From NCBI GenBank assembly GCA_022564695.1, contig JADFKX010000002.1, forward strand, positions 1-40,241: DNA of 40,241 nucleotides. The letters run 5' to 3'. Both the position numbers and the translations under genes were made by a program. The stretch comes from Chloroflexota bacterium (lineage in GTDB: Bacteria; Chloroflexota; Dehalococcoidia; SM23-28-2; RBG-16-64-32). Below, piece by piece: positions 1 through 10,189 of this stretch. Positions within the stretch are counted from its first letter, which is position 1, and every line of letters begins with the position of its first letter. Under the pieces are notes generated by a model. It ran no database searches and was not told the origin of the DNA. It worked only from the letters and a program-made list of their open reading frames with translations.

Positions 1-1155
1 ATGCTGGTCGACGCGGGAACGAACACCGAGGTCATCATTGGGAACAAGGATGGGTTGATGGCCGCCTCGTGTCCCGCCGGTCCTGCTTTTGAGGGGGGGC
101 CGGTGACGTACGGCATGCCGGGCTGCGAGGGAGCCATCGAGTCGCTGCGCCGCGTCGACGGGCGGTTTCAATTCAAGACAATTGGAGACGTCGAGCCGCG
201 GGGAATTTGCGGGTCGGGGCTGATCGACCTATTGGCCGAATTGCGGCGGCATGATTTGATGACGCCCAAGGGCGTGTTTGCGGACAAGGCCCAAGAATTC
301 ATGATCGTGCCGGAGCACGGAATTACCTTTTCCCGTGAGGATGCCAGTCACCTGGCCCAAGCCAAGGCGGCCAACTACTGCGGACAGATTATGCTCATGC
401 GGAAATTCGGCATCACGCCGTCGGAAATCACCCGGCTGTACCTGGCGGGCGGATTTGCCAATTACGTCGACGCCGTGAACGCCATCGAAATGGGCTTTCT
501 GGCGCCGGTTGAGCCGGATCGCATCGAGAAGTTCGGCAATGCGGCCAGCCGCAACCACTCCTTCGGCTGGATCGCGGAGGAAGCGGTAGAAATTGCCCGC
601 GCGCACGTAGCCAAGCTGATCGCCGCGGACAAGTACCGGGAGGTCTCCCTCGAATACAAGGTTCGGGGTAACCTTAACAGCGCCGCCTATGAGATGCTGG
701 AGCAGATCGTCACCGAGCTTCGACACAAGCAGCGCACGCCCAATCACCAGAGGGAGCTGAGAGACATCCTAGATTCAAGAGGTGGAGGAATCAGTGAGCG
801 AGTCGCTGTTTGCGATGTCTTCATAGGCGACTTCCGGGAGGGCCCGTTATGCATCGAACTGAAGGGGCCTACCCCGAATTTAGATACAGCCGCGGGTGCT
901 AAGAGGAACATGCTCTACTTCCTCGCCATAATGCATCGCTCCGGACATCTGAATGCGAAGGCTTTCCTAGGCTTCTATTACAATCCGTGGATTGAGCGTA
1001 TCTTGTACGCTCACTGGACTACAAAGCAGATTATGGACATGGACCATGAAGTCCTTATGGGCGCTGAGCTTTGGGATCACATAGGCGGCACGGGTACGTT
1101 TGATGAAATGATTCCAATTTTGGAAAAGGCGCGGAAGGAGGTATTTGGTGCGTAA
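1..1155 (+). CDS. 5'-partial chimeric ORF: DUF4445/RACo-like ASKHA ATPase domain (aa 1 to ~183) fused in frame to a TdeIII-like PD-(D/E)XK restriction endonuclease fragment (aa ~187-384)
   Basis: The ORF is open from the window edge. The N-terminal part has GTNTE, GICGSGLIDLL, LYLAGGFANY and FGNAA, typical of DUF4445 corrinoid reductive-activase-like proteins. The C-terminal part has SFGWIAEEAVEIA, D272-x13-E286-L-K288-GPTPN, FYYNPW and ELWDHIGGTGTFDEM, resembling TdeIII-family REases. GC visibly drops after about nt 750. Confidence 0.6.
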   Translation: MLVDAGTNTEVIIGNKDGLMAASCPAGPAFEGGPVTYGMPGCEGAIESLRRVDGRFQFKTIGDVEPRGICGSGLIDLLAELRRHDLMTPKGVFADKAQEFMIVPEHGITFSREDASHLAQAKAANYCGQIMLMRKFGITPSEITRLYLAGGFANYVDAVNAIEMGFLAPVEPDRIEKFGNAASRNHSFGWIAEEAVEIARAHVAKLIAADKYREVSLEYKVRGNLNSAAYEMLEQIVTELRHKQRTPNHQRELRDILDSRGGGISERVAVCDVFIGDFREGPLCIELKGPTPNLDTAAGAKRNMLYFLAIMHRSGHLNAKAFLGFYYNPWIERILYAHWTTKQIMDMDHEVLMGAELWDHIGGTGTFDEMIPILEKARKEVFGA

Positions 1156-1240
1156 CTGTATGCACCTCGTCTCCTTCAGCTTAGCACCTTCCGGCAAAGT
1201 CAGACAAAGTGATGCCGTTAGCGAGGGTCCCCCGTAGCCC

Positions 1241-2866
1241 ATGCCCACCATAACCCTCTACGGCGGCGCCGGGATGATCGGCGGCAACAAGATCCTCCTG
1301 GAGGACCCGCAGGCGGACCGTGATTCGCGCCTGTTCTTCGACTTCGGGACGACGTTCAAGACCCGGGACCTCTACTTCGAGGAGTACCTGAATCCCCGGC
1401 CCGGCGCAGGCCTGCTGGACATGCTGGAGATGGACCTGCTGCCGCCCCTGGAGGGGCTGTACCGGCCGGACCTGGTGTCCAGCGGCGAGGTGTGGGAGCG
1501 CTGCCGGGGCCGCCCCGGGTACCGAGAGATTGACAGCGTGGACGGGGTGCTGGTCTCGCACGCTCACGTAGACCATACGGGGTACATATCGTTCTTGAAG
1601 GAGGAGACGCCGATATACGCCAGCGCTCTGACGGCGTTCATTGCCAAGGCGATGCAGGACTCCAGCATGGCGGACTTCGAGAAGGAGGTGTGCTACCTCA
1701 ACCCAAGGGCACCGGCAGCGGAAGGGGAGAGCGCCTACCTGAGGACGGCGCGGGAGAGCTACCGGCAGCGGCCGTTCCGCTTTATGGACGTACCAGCCCT
1801 GGGCACGAAAGCGAAGGAGTATTGGGAGAGCTCACCGAGGAAGCGGAAGGAGATTGTGACGGCGCCGTTCGAGATCGCTCCCGACAGGGTTGGCCGGCTG
1901 CCGGTGCGGTACTTCCCGGTGGACCATTCCGTGTACGGCGCGGGGGCGTGGGCGGTGGAGACCTCCGCCGGCTGGGTGGTGTACAGCGGCGACCTGCGCT
2001 GGCACGGGTCGGCGGCCGAGGATACGAAGCGCTTCATCCACGAGGCGGCGTTGTTAAAGCCGCGGCTGCTCCTCTGCGAGGGCACGCGCATCCCCAAGGA
2101 CTACGAGGTGAGCGAGGCGGAGCTGGAGAACCACACGGAGCGGGACGTGTTCGACAGGGCGCTACGGCTTGTGCGCGCCGAACGTGGCCTCGTCATCGCC
2201 GACTTCGGGCCCCGTAACATCGAGCGGTTGGAAACGTTCCTAGGGATCGCGCGGGAGACACGGCGGAAGCTGGTGATCCTGGCCAAGGACGCCTTCCTGC
2301 TGGAGATGATGGGCCTGGTGTCGCCTTCGGTGCCCGGCCCGTCCAACAGCGACGATATGCTCATCTACAAGGACCTCCGGTACAGAGTCGAGCCGTGGGA
2401 AGAGGGGCTGCGCGAACAGTCCGGGAGCCGTCTGTTATCGGCGCGGCAGGTACGAGACTCGCCGGGCGATTACATTCTCTGCTTCAGCTTCTGGGACGCC
2501 AAGAACCTCATCGATATCAACGTGCAGGGCGGCCTCTACGTGTACTCGTCTAGCGAGGCGTACACGGAGGAGCAGGAGATGGACTTCGAGCGGCTGCGGA
2601 ACTGGCTGGGGCACTTCGGAATGCGTTCGGTGGGGCTACCGTACGCGAAGCGCCAGAGCATTTCGGCGCTGCCGGAGGACGAGCAGGGGCTTCACGCCTC
2701 CGGCCACGCCAACGCCAACGACATCATGGACTTCGTGCGGGAGATCAACCCGCGGACGGTCGTGCCCATCCACACGGAGAACCCGGGCTACTTCCTGGAG
2801 CACCTGAAGGACACGGACGTAGAGGTGGCGATACGTGACTACGGGGGGTCGCTGACGTTCGGGTAA
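1241..2866 (+). CDS. Metallo-beta-lactamase fold, beta-CASP family hydrolase (divergent RNase J-like nuclease)
   Basis: 541-aa ORF with an ATG start. MBL motifs are present: SHAHVDHTG (HxHxDH), PVDHSV and YSGD. Beta-CASP-like motifs are LLCEGTR (A), HASGHA (B) and VPIHTE (C). Confidence 0.75.
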   Translation: MPTITLYGGAGMIGGNKILLEDPQADRDSRLFFDFGTTFKTRDLYFEEYLNPRPGAGLLDMLEMDLLPPLEGLYRPDLVSSGEVWERCRGRPGYREIDSVDGVLVSHAHVDHTGYISFLKEETPIYASALTAFIAKAMQDSSMADFEKEVCYLNPRAPAAEGESAYLRTARESYRQRPFRFMDVPALGTKAKEYWESSPRKRKEIVTAPFEIAPDRVGRLPVRYFPVDHSVYGAGAWAVETSAGWVVYSGDLRWHGSAAEDTKRFIHEAALLKPRLLLCEGTRIPKDYEVSEAELENHTERDVFDRALRLVRAERGLVIADFGPRNIERLETFLGIARETRRKLVILAKDAFLLEMMGLVSPSVPGPSNSDDMLIYKDLRYRVEPWEEGLREQSGSRLLSARQVRDSPGDYILCFSFWDAKNLIDINVQGGLYVYSSSEAYTEEQEMDFERLRNWLGHFGMRSVGLPYAKRQSISALPEDEQGLHASGHANANDIMDFVREINPRTVVPIHTENPGYFLEHLKDTDVEVAIRDYGGSLTFG

Positions 2867-2918
2867 ATGCGAAGGCGACCCTGCATCGGGCCGCCTGGCT
2901 TCGGGCCGGTTCGCGCCG

Positions 2919-3209
<291 letters not shown>

Positions 3210-3331
3210 CGCTACTCCTCTTCGGCTTGGTGGTAGCCCACCTGTTTCTTCATTATGAGAAGCGAAAAGTTGACCAATTCGCTATCCTTAATTATGCTAT
3301 CGTCCCCGATAGGGACAAGTCAAGGGGTTTT

Positions 3332-3865
3332 CTAGCGCTTCCAGAACTGCCAGCGCCTCTTGCCGCCACGCGCCCTCTCCTCCGCGGCGCGACGCTCCTC
3401 CTCCAGCCGCTCGCGGGCCCGTCCCAGCGGCAGCTCGCGACGGAGCATCGTCATCTCGCCCGCCAGGTCAGAGGCGACCGCGGGGTCCGCCGCGATCTCC
3501 GGGAACAGCGTCCGCAGCTTCTCGTCGAAGCCAGGTGCGGTGGAGCGAGGACGGGCGCTGTCGCCGGCCATCGTGTCGAACACGGAGTACATCTTCAGCT
3601 CGCTCAACACGGACGACATCCCCGTGGCCAGGAGCGTTACCTGGAGGGGCGACAGCTCCAGCGTCGCCGTCTCGGCCTCGAGCTGCGGCTCCAGCGCCGC
3701 CGGCAGCTCCGCCAGGCCGTGCTCGTACTCCTGCATCGTCTCGCGGTCCAGCTCCGAGCCGGGCCGCGCCAGGTGATAGGCGATGGCCAGGGCGACCATG
3801 CGGGCCTGACGCTGGGGGAGACGTAGGGAGAAGCGGGTCATGGCTTTATGCCGTTTCCACAGCAC
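3332..3865 (-). CDS. Hypothetical protein (orphan, predicted helical, Arg/Glu-rich basic tail). An alternative ATG start lies at 3841.
   Basis: High-GC ORF beginning 4 nt after the stop of the upstream 306-aa gene on the same strand. I recognised no motif, and the start codon is uncertain (GTG 3865 or ATG 3841). Confidence 0.45.
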   Translation of the reverse strand: MLWKRHKAMTRFSLRLPQRQARMVALAIAYHLARPGSELDRETMQEYEHGLAELPAALEPQLEAETATLELSPLQVTLLATGMSSVLSELKMYSVFDTMAGDSARPRSTAPGFDEKLRTLFPEIAADPAVASDLAGEMTMLRRELPLGRARERLEEERRAAEERARGGKRRWQFWKR

Positions 3866-3869
3866 TCCG

Positions 3870-4790
3870 CTAGTCTGCCTCGATGTCTCCCATCCACTCG
3901 GGCACCTCTATCTCAAGTTCTTCAATGGAATCCCCCACAGCATGGGCCTTCGCAACCTTCTCAATACTTGACCTTAGGGCTCGAAGTAAGTCCTGAACAT
4001 TAGCAATCTCTTCATTGCTGGCCTCCCGCTGCCCAAGCACTTCCAGCAGTCCTCTGAGGACTCCGCAGAGTGCCGCCAAGCTTGAATTGGAGACATACTG
4101 GGTAGCGATGAGATGATCGAGAGCTGGTGAGCTCAGCCGGGGAATAACCTGACTAGCTGCTGGGCGCTGCAAATTGGCATCCTCATGGCCTGCATTGCTT
4201 TCCTCCGCAACCGCATCCTCCAGAAAGCTTGCCATCAACCCGAGCTCCGCTCCGAGGGCGGCGAGCTTACGCGCGCTCTCTTCCCGTCGAAACTCAAATA
4301 CATCCAAGGATCGCTGATGAAGAAAGTCTGAAACGGGATTGTCTGAGCGATCCGCATCGTTTTCGATTTGGCGAAGCACCGCCCCGAGCTTCTTCTTAAA
4401 TTCTTGTTTATCCGCAGTGGTCTTCCATTTGTACACGTGAGATGCATAACCGTGAAGGTCTGAAGGTATATCTTTGCGGCGCTGCGCTACCATTATGGTT
4501 CGGTTCTTTAGAGTGTGCCGCACGCCGAGTTCATAGAAGACGTTAGGGTTGCGATCAGTTAGGTCAGCAATGACGATGTTCGCCTGATATAAGGAGTTAA
4601 CGACCTTGCTGATCACGTTGCCCGTCGTCGCTTCTGAGCGGAGGCAGTTGTATCCCAAACGAGCTCCCTCAATGGCTGGCTTGATTACCGCTTCGAAGAT
4701 GTCAGTCCACTCCTCCTCGCTGCACGTCTTCGTCTTGGAGAATGGCATTATGACGTAGCACAGCTTCGTCGGTTGGTTCCTTTTCGGCAT
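3870..4790 (-). CDS. Nucleoside 2-deoxyribosyltransferase-like / TIR-like Rossmannoid N-terminal domain with a helical C-terminal domain of unknown function
   Basis: ATG start preceded by AAAGGAGGGG with a 7-nt spacer. The N-terminus reads CYVIMPFS...IVIADLTDRNPNVFYELGVRHTLKNRTIMV, the flavodoxin-like beta-alpha pattern of NDT/DrHyd-like domains. GC is visibly lower than in flanking genes. Confidence 0.6.
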   Translation of the reverse strand: MPKRNQPTKLCYVIMPFSKTKTCSEEEWTDIFEAVIKPAIEGARLGYNCLRSEATTGNVISKVVNSLYQANIVIADLTDRNPNVFYELGVRHTLKNRTIMVAQRRKDIPSDLHGYASHVYKWKTTADKQEFKKKLGAVLRQIENDADRSDNPVSDFLHQRSLDVFEFRREESARKLAALGAELGLMASFLEDAVAEESNAGHEDANLQRPAASQVIPRLSSPALDHLIATQYVSNSSLAALCGVLRGLLEVLGQREASNEEIANVQDLLRALRSSIEKVAKAHAVGDSIEELEIEVPEWMGDIEAD

Positions 4791-4822
4791 AGCCTATCCC
4801 CTCCTTTGGTTGCCTCTGCTCA

Positions 4823-7711
4823 TCAATCCCCCGCTGCTACCTTCACCCGCCTGGCGCGGCGGGTCAGCTTCTTGCGCAGATACTGGCCGGTGAGGCTCGC
4901 CTTCACCCGCACGATCTCTTCTGGCGTGCCCGAGGCGACGATCTCGCCGCCGCGGTCGCCGCCCATCGGCCCCAGATCGATGATGTGGTCGGCCTGCTTG
5001 ATGACGTCCAGGTGGTGCTCGATGACCAGCACCGTGTTGCCCGCGTCCACCAGCCGGTGCAGCACACGCATCAGCGCGTTAACGTCCTCGAAGGAGAGGC
5101 CGGTGGTGGGTTCGTCCAGGATGTACAGCGTGCGGCCGGTGGCGCGACGGGAGAGCTCCGTCGAGAGCTTGACGCGCTGCGCCTCGCCGCCGGACAGCGT
5201 CGTCGCCGGCTGACCCAGCTTGACGTAGCCCAGCCCCACGTCGTGCAGCGTCTGAAGCTTGGAGCGCACCCTGGGGAACGCCTCGAAGTAGCCCAGCGCC
5301 TCCTCCACCGTCATGTTCAGCACCTCGGCGATGTTCTTGCCGCGGAAGCTGATCTCCAGCGCCTCGCGGTTATAGCGGTCGCCGTGACAGACCTCGCAGG
5401 GCACCTCCACATCGGGCAGGAACTGCATCTCGATCTGGATGTAGCCCTGGCCCTGGCAGGCCTCGCAGCGGCCCCCCTTGATGTTGAAGGAGAAGCGGCC
5501 CGGCTTGTAGCCCCGCAACCGTGCCTCGGGGACGGAGGCGAACAGCTCACGCACAGTGGTGAACAGGCCGGTGTAGGTGGCGGGGTTTGAGCGCGGGGTG
5601 CGGCCGATAGGCGACTGGTCGATGGTCACTACCTTGTCCAGCTGCTCCAGGCCGATGATCGCATCGCACTCCCCGGGGCGGTCGCGGGCGTCGTACAGGA
5701 GCTGCGCCGCCTTCTTCGACAGTATCTCGTCGACGAGAGTCGATTTGCCGGAGCCGGACACGCCTGTGACGCAGACGAACTGGCCCAGCGGTATCCGCAC
5801 GTCGATGTTCTTCAGGTTGTTCTCGCGGGCGCCCTGGATGACGATCGCCTTGCCGTTGCCGGGGCGACGCTCAGCGGGCACTGGTATCTGGCGGCGGCCG
5901 CTAAGGTATTGGCCGCTGATGGACTCTTCGCAGGCCTCCACCTCCTCCGGGGAGCCGACGACGACCACGTGTCCGCCCGCTTCGCCGGCGCCCGGGCCGA
6001 GATCGATGATGTGGTCGGCGGCGCGGATCATCGCCTCGTCGTGCTCCACCACAAGCACGGTGTTCCCCAGGTCGCGCAGCCGCTTGAGCGTCTCGATGAG
6101 CCTGGCGTCGTCCACGGGATGCAGGCCGACAGACGGTTCGTCGCAGACATAGAGGACGCCCATGAGGGCGGAGCCGATCTGGGTCGCCAGGCGGATGCGT
6201 TGGGCCTCGCCACCGGCCAGGGTGCCGGTGCGCCGGTCCAGCGTCAGGTAGTCCACACCCACGTCGCGCAGGAAGGCTAAGCGAGAGCGTATCTCCTTCA
6301 GTATCTGCTGTCCGATCATGCGCTCACGCCCGCTCAGGGGCGCGTCTTCGGCCATCAGACGTTCGATCCAGTCCAGCGCCTCTACGATGCTCATCTGCGC
6401 GACGCGGTGGATGTTTGTGTCGTCTATGGTTACGGCCAGGGACTCGGGCTTGAGCCGGGCGCCGCCGCAGGCCGGGCAGGGGTTGGCCGCCATGTGCCGC
6501 TCTATCTCCTGACGGACGTAATCGGAATCGGTCTCGCGGTAACGGCGCTCCAGATTGGGGATGACGCCCTCGAACGCGGTTTCCCACGTCTCGCCCTGGC
6601 CCTCGGCGCCCTGATAGTGGAGGGTAATAGTGCCGCCATCCCCGTGGAGGATCGTATCCACCTGCTTCTGGGACAGCTCCTTGACGGGCACGTCTACGGA
6701 GAAGCCGTGCTTGCGCGCCACCGCCTCCAGGATGCGCATATACCAGGCGGCGACGGCGCTGGAGCGGGACCAGGGCTGGACGGCGCCCTCGGCCAAGGTG
6801 AGGTTCTTGTTGGGGATCACCAGCTCCGGGTCTATCTCCATCTTGACGCCCAGGCCGGTGCAGTCCTTGCAGGCGCCGTGGGGGCTGTTGAAGCTGAAGT
6901 TACGGGGCTCAAGCTCGCCGAAGGAGACGCCGCAGTGGAGGCAGGCGTAGTGCTCCGAGTACAGCCGCTCGTCCTCACCGTCGATCCAGACGACGAGCAG
7001 GCCGCCGCCCAGACGCAACGCCGTCTCCACGGAGTCCGACAGGCGATTCTTGTCCGAGGTGTCCTCGCCGGGCTCCTCAGTCACCACCCGATCGACGACG
7101 ATATCGATAGAGTGGCGCTTCTTCTTGTCCAGCGCTATCTCATCACCCAGGTCACGCACGACGCCGTCCACGCGGACGCGGACGAACCCCGCCTTGCGGG
7201 CGTCCTCGAACGTCTTCTGGTACTCCCCCTTGCGGTCGCGAACCACGGGTGCGAGGATCATCAGGTTCTTACCGGGCGGTAGGGCGAGGATGGCGTCCAC
7301 GATCTGCTGGACGGTCTGACGCTCAATGGGGCGGCCGCACTGGGGGCAGTGGGGATGGCCGACGCGGGCGAACAGAAGACGCAGGTAGTCGTATATCTCG
7401 GTCTGGGTGGCCACGGTGGAGCGGGGGTTGCGGGAGGCGCCCTTCTGGTCGATGGAGATGGCCGGAGAGAGCCCCTCGATGTAGTCCACGTCCGGCTTCT
7501 CCATCAGCCCCAGGAACTGGCGGGCGTAGGCTGAGAGCGACTCCACGTAGCGGCGCTGCCCTTCGGCGTAGATCGTGTCGAAAGCCAGGGAGGACTTGCC
7601 GGAGCCGGACACGCCGGTTATGACGACCAGCTTATCGCGAGGTATCTCCACGTCGATGTTCTTCAGGTTGTGCTCGCGGGCACCGCGCACGATTATTGAG
7701 TTGAGGGGCAT
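4823..7711 (-). CDS. uvrA: Excinuclease ABC subunit A
   Basis: 962 aa with an N-terminus of [60 protein letters not shown], two ABC ATPase modules and zinc-finger cysteines. Confidence 0.98.
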   Translation of the reverse strand: MPLNSIIVRGAREHNLKNIDVEIPRDKLVVITGVSGSGKSSLAFDTIYAEGQRRYVESLSAYARQFLGLMEKPDVDYIEGLSPAISIDQKGASRNPRSTVATQTEIYDYLRLLFARVGHPHCPQCGRPIERQTVQQIVDAILALPPGKNLMILAPVVRDRKGEYQKTFEDARKAGFVRVRVDGVVRDLGDEIALDKKKRHSIDIVVDRVVTEEPGEDTSDKNRLSDSVETALRLGGGLLVVWIDGEDERLYSEHYACLHCGVSFGELEPRNFSFNSPHGACKDCTGLGVKMEIDPELVIPNKNLTLAEGAVQPWSRSSAVAAWYMRILEAVARKHGFSVDVPVKELSQKQVDTILHGDGGTITLHYQGAEGQGETWETAFEGVIPNLERRYRETDSDYVRQEIERHMAANPCPACGGARLKPESLAVTIDDTNIHRVAQMSIVEALDWIERLMAEDAPLSGRERMIGQQILKEIRSRLAFLRDVGVDYLTLDRRTGTLAGGEAQRIRLATQIGSALMGVLYVCDEPSVGLHPVDDARLIETLKRLRDLGNTVLVVEHDEAMIRAADHIIDLGPGAGEAGGHVVVVGSPEEVEACEESISGQYLSGRRQIPVPAERRPGNGKAIVIQGARENNLKNIDVRIPLGQFVCVTGVSGSGKSTLVDEILSKKAAQLLYDARDRPGECDAIIGLEQLDKVVTIDQSPIGRTPRSNPATYTGLFTTVRELFASVPEARLRGYKPGRFSFNIKGGRCEACQGQGYIQIEMQFLPDVEVPCEVCHGDRYNREALEISFRGKNIAEVLNMTVEEALGYFEAFPRVRSKLQTLHDVGLGYVKLGQPATTLSGGEAQRVKLSTELSRRATGRTLYILDEPTTGLSFEDVNALMRVLHRLVDAGNTVLVIEHHLDVIKQADHIIDLGPMGGDRGGEIVASGTPEEIVRVKASLTGQYLRKKLTRRARRVKVAAGD

Positions 7712-7855
7712 GCAAGAGGCCTCCTGGTTGAGATGAACCTAACGAGCTATTTTAGCGCCCCAGCAAGATTAGAACAAGGGTTTTAGATAGCCTCCAGCCT
7801 TGCCTCTCGCTAGAATGGTAGCCAATTGCGGACAGCCAGTGGCGAGGAGGAGCCT

Positions 7856-8386
7856 GTGAGAATACGTCTACCGATCGTGTTGGGAGTGCTCCTGGCGGTG
7901 GCCGTCATGGCTCTGGTCGCCTGTACCAGTTCTGGAGTCAATAATGGTACAAACGAAGAGACGCAGCCCTCGAACAGCAGCCAGACGCCAGCAGCGGACG
8001 GAGGAGAGATGACACAGGGACCACCAGCGGTATCCGGAGAGCCGATCACTACAGGCAGCGGCCTCCAGTTCATCGACATCGAGCAGGGCAAGGGTGATGC
8101 GCCGAAGGCCAGCCAGACCATCGTCGTCCACTACACCGGCTGGCTGGAGTCCGATGGGACGAAGTTCGACAGCTCCGTGGACCGGGGCACGCCGTTCAGC
8201 TTCACGATCGGCGAGGGCCAGGTGATCGTGGGCTGGGACGAGGGGTTAGCGACGATGCAGGTGGGCGGCAAGCGAAGGTTGATCATCCCGCCGGATCTGG
8301 CCTACGGCGAGGCCGGCGCCGGCGGTGGCTCCATCCCTCCAAATGCGACGCTTATCTTCGACGTGGAGTTGCTGGAGATCCGATAG
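7856..8386 (+). CDS. FKBP-type peptidyl-prolyl cis-trans isomerase, predicted lipoprotein
   Basis: FKBP core: [63 protein letters not shown]. Signal peptide with an LVAC lipobox. GTG at 7856 sits 5 nt after GAGGAGG; the track ORF starts at TTG 7826. Confidence 0.9.
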   Translation: MRIRLPIVLGVLLAVAVMALVACTSSGVNNGTNEETQPSNSSQTPAADGGEMTQGPPAVSGEPITTGSGLQFIDIEQGKGDAPKASQTIVVHYTGWLESDGTKFDSSVDRGTPFSFTIGEGQVIVGWDEGLATMQVGGKRRLIIPPDLAYGEAGAGGGSIPPNATLIFDVELLEIR

Positions 8387-8471
8387 AGGCTTCGTCGGAG
8401 TGGCTGGACGCCCCAACTCCCCCCATCGAACAACGAGTTCTGGACGTAAGCTAAATCTCGGACCGCTCGCC

Positions 8472-9041
8472 TCAGCCCGTAATTTCGCCGATAGCGTAAC
8501 GGATCTCTACCGTCACCTCGACATCGCTATTGTTGACCACCTGGATGGCCCCACAGCCGCGGCTGGTCTGGCCGGACGTGCCCTCCCCTATCAGATCGGT
8601 TCCCCCCATGCGTGTCCAGTACAGTTCGATGTCGACACCCTCCGGGGGGTAGGGACTGCGTACCTGCCAGCTGAGATACAAGACGAGGGCAGCGCAAGGG
8701 GGCGGAGTGATGCCCAACTCCCCGGCCAGATCTATGGGGTCCAGGTTGAGGACGCCTCCAGCCTGCAAGGTCGGTAGCAGCACGTCTTCACCAAGCGACG
8801 TCACTCCGGGATCCAGCTCGATCGGCGCCGCGTTCGGGGCCTCCGGCGTCGGTGATGGAGCAGCCGTAGGGGAAGGCGTGAGATCTGCGGTCGGCATCGC
8901 TGTGGCCGTTGGCACGGCTGTCGGCGTGGCAGTGGGACCAGCGGGGACGGTGACGGCCGCGCCGCCATCGTCGCCACAAGCAGCGAGGAGAAAAGCAGCC
9001 CCGGCCAGCAGGGGTACTAGCATGCCAAGGTTAGAGGTCAC
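8472..9041 (-). CDS. Hypothetical lipoprotein with a Pro/Thr/Ala-rich linker
   Basis: Signal peptide plus lipobox (FLLAAC), a PT-rich linker, then a ~110-aa globular C-terminal region with no recognised motif. Confidence 0.6.
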   Translation of the reverse strand: MTSNLGMLVPLLAGAAFLLAACGDDGGAAVTVPAGPTATPTAVPTATAMPTADLTPSPTAAPSPTPEAPNAAPIELDPGVTSLGEDVLLPTLQAGGVLNLDPIDLAGELGITPPPCAALVLYLSWQVRSPYPPEGVDIELYWTRMGGTDLIGEGTSGQTSRGCGAIQVVNNSDVEVTVEIRYAIGEITG

Positions 9042-9156
9042 ACGATATCTCGCACACTATAACGCTAGAGGCGGGCGCAGGTAACCGAGATGTCCCCTTC
9101 GCGATGTCAGCCTAGACAGCGGGCACTGAAGTGCGGGGAGTATGGGCCCGACCCCT

Positions 9157-9174
9157 GGAGGCCTGAAGGCCTCC
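9157..9174 (-). terminator. Perfect 7-bp GC-rich hairpin (GGAGGCC-TGAA-GGCCTCC) downstream of the translin-family gene
   Basis: Palindrome read directly from the sequence, 18 nt past the stop of the last gene in the minus-strand cluster. There is no clear U-tract. Confidence 0.3.
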
Positions 9175-9191
9175 GCTACATCAACTGTCCG

Positions 9192-9830
9192 TCAGGACCC
9201 TAGCCGCTTACCGAACTCGTCCAGCTTCTCCTCCAGCTCGCGCTGGACAGCGGCCATCGTGAAGTCGCCACGGGTGCGCTCCAGGATGCCGCGCATCGCG
9301 TCGGTGCTGCGGCGCAGGCCGCTGGTAACCGCCTCCGGGAAGTCCATCGTGACGAGCACGTCGTAGATGTCGCCCATGGCACCCAGCGTGTCCTCGCAGT
9401 GCGGGACATCGCCCTCACGGAGGGAGTCCAGGAGATGCCGGCGCAGCTCACCTATCGTCTCGGCGATGCCGTTCAGGTAGGCCGGGGCGAGCACACCCAG
9501 ATCGTCAGGCGAGGGCAGCGGCCGCCCGGCGATGAGGGCCAGGGTTGTAGCAGCCTCGACGTACTCCTTCTGGGCGTCGTGCACATATCCGGCGTTCAGG
9601 ATGTCCGGGTGTTGGGCGAGGGCAGAGGCCAACTCCGTAAGGTTGGCCGCGGCCCGGACGATCAGCTCCTGGGCCGCCTCGAAGTCGCGGCGGTGAACGC
9701 AGCGGATGGCGTTGGCGGAGAAGCGGACGGTCTCGCGGCAGAGGGGAAGCGCCTTCTCACGAGCGCCGTGCTTGGCGGTAAAGTGCTGTCGGGCGCTCTC
9801 CGCGATCTCGTCCAGGCCGTCGGTGTTCAT
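9192..9830 (-). CDS. Translin-family protein
   Basis: All-helical 212-aa protein. GYVHDAQKEYVEA, YLNGIAETIGELRRHLLDSLREGD and IYDVLVTMDFPEAVTSGLRRSTD match the pattern of translin/TRAX-like prokaryotic proteins. Confidence 0.7.
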   Translation of the reverse strand: MNTDGLDEIAESARQHFTAKHGAREKALPLCRETVRFSANAIRCVHRRDFEAAQELIVRAAANLTELASALAQHPDILNAGYVHDAQKEYVEAATTLALIAGRPLPSPDDLGVLAPAYLNGIAETIGELRRHLLDSLREGDVPHCEDTLGAMGDIYDVLVTMDFPEAVTSGLRRSTDAMRGILERTRGDFTMAAVQRELEEKLDEFGKRLGS

Positions 9831-9848
9831 GGCTAAGCCCCTTACTGG

Positions 9849-10187
9849 TTACAGGTCCTTGACCGGCTCCGGGAACTCGCCCTCACGGGCGGCGTCGATC
9901 ATCTTCCTCGCCTCTTCCGGCATCTCGATGCCCGACTCCTTGAACTTACGCTCCGTCCAGCGGCCTATCTGGCGCGGGTCCTTGTAGTCCTCCAGCCGCT
10001 TGGGCTCCGAGCCGTAGTCCCGAAGGATGGTCGATTCCGAGCGGTGGTAGGCGAAGCCGGATATGACCCTCTCCAACCGCTTGGAGCCGCAGGCCTTGCA
10101 TCGGGTGTCTGGGGAGGAGCTCAGCGTCTTCTGGAAGACGCTGGTCAACCGTCCGCACTTCTGGCACTTGTACTCGTAGATCGGCAT
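9849..10187 (-). CDS. FmdB-family zinc-ribbon protein (paralog 2)
   Basis: MPIYEYKCQKCG...CKACGS signature (CxxC-x-CxxC), 112 aa. Confidence 0.85.
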   Translation of the reverse strand: MPIYEYKCQKCGRLTSVFQKTLSSSPDTRCKACGSKRLERVISGFAYHRSESTILRDYGSEPKRLEDYKDPRQIGRWTERKFKESGIEMPEEARKMIDAAREGEFPEPVKDL

Positions 10188-10189
10188 CG

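Noticed and set aside
3870-4790. Calling the low-GC NDT-like gene a mobile element or prophage remnant.
   Set aside because: I could not see an integrase, transposase, terminal inverted repeats, a flanking tRNA or target-site duplication. Only compositional deviation supports foreign origin.
7712-7855. TAGAAT box at 7811-7816 as the promoter of the FKBP gene.
   Set aside because: No acceptable -35 hexamer lies at 16-19 nt spacing, so it is too weak to report as a feature.
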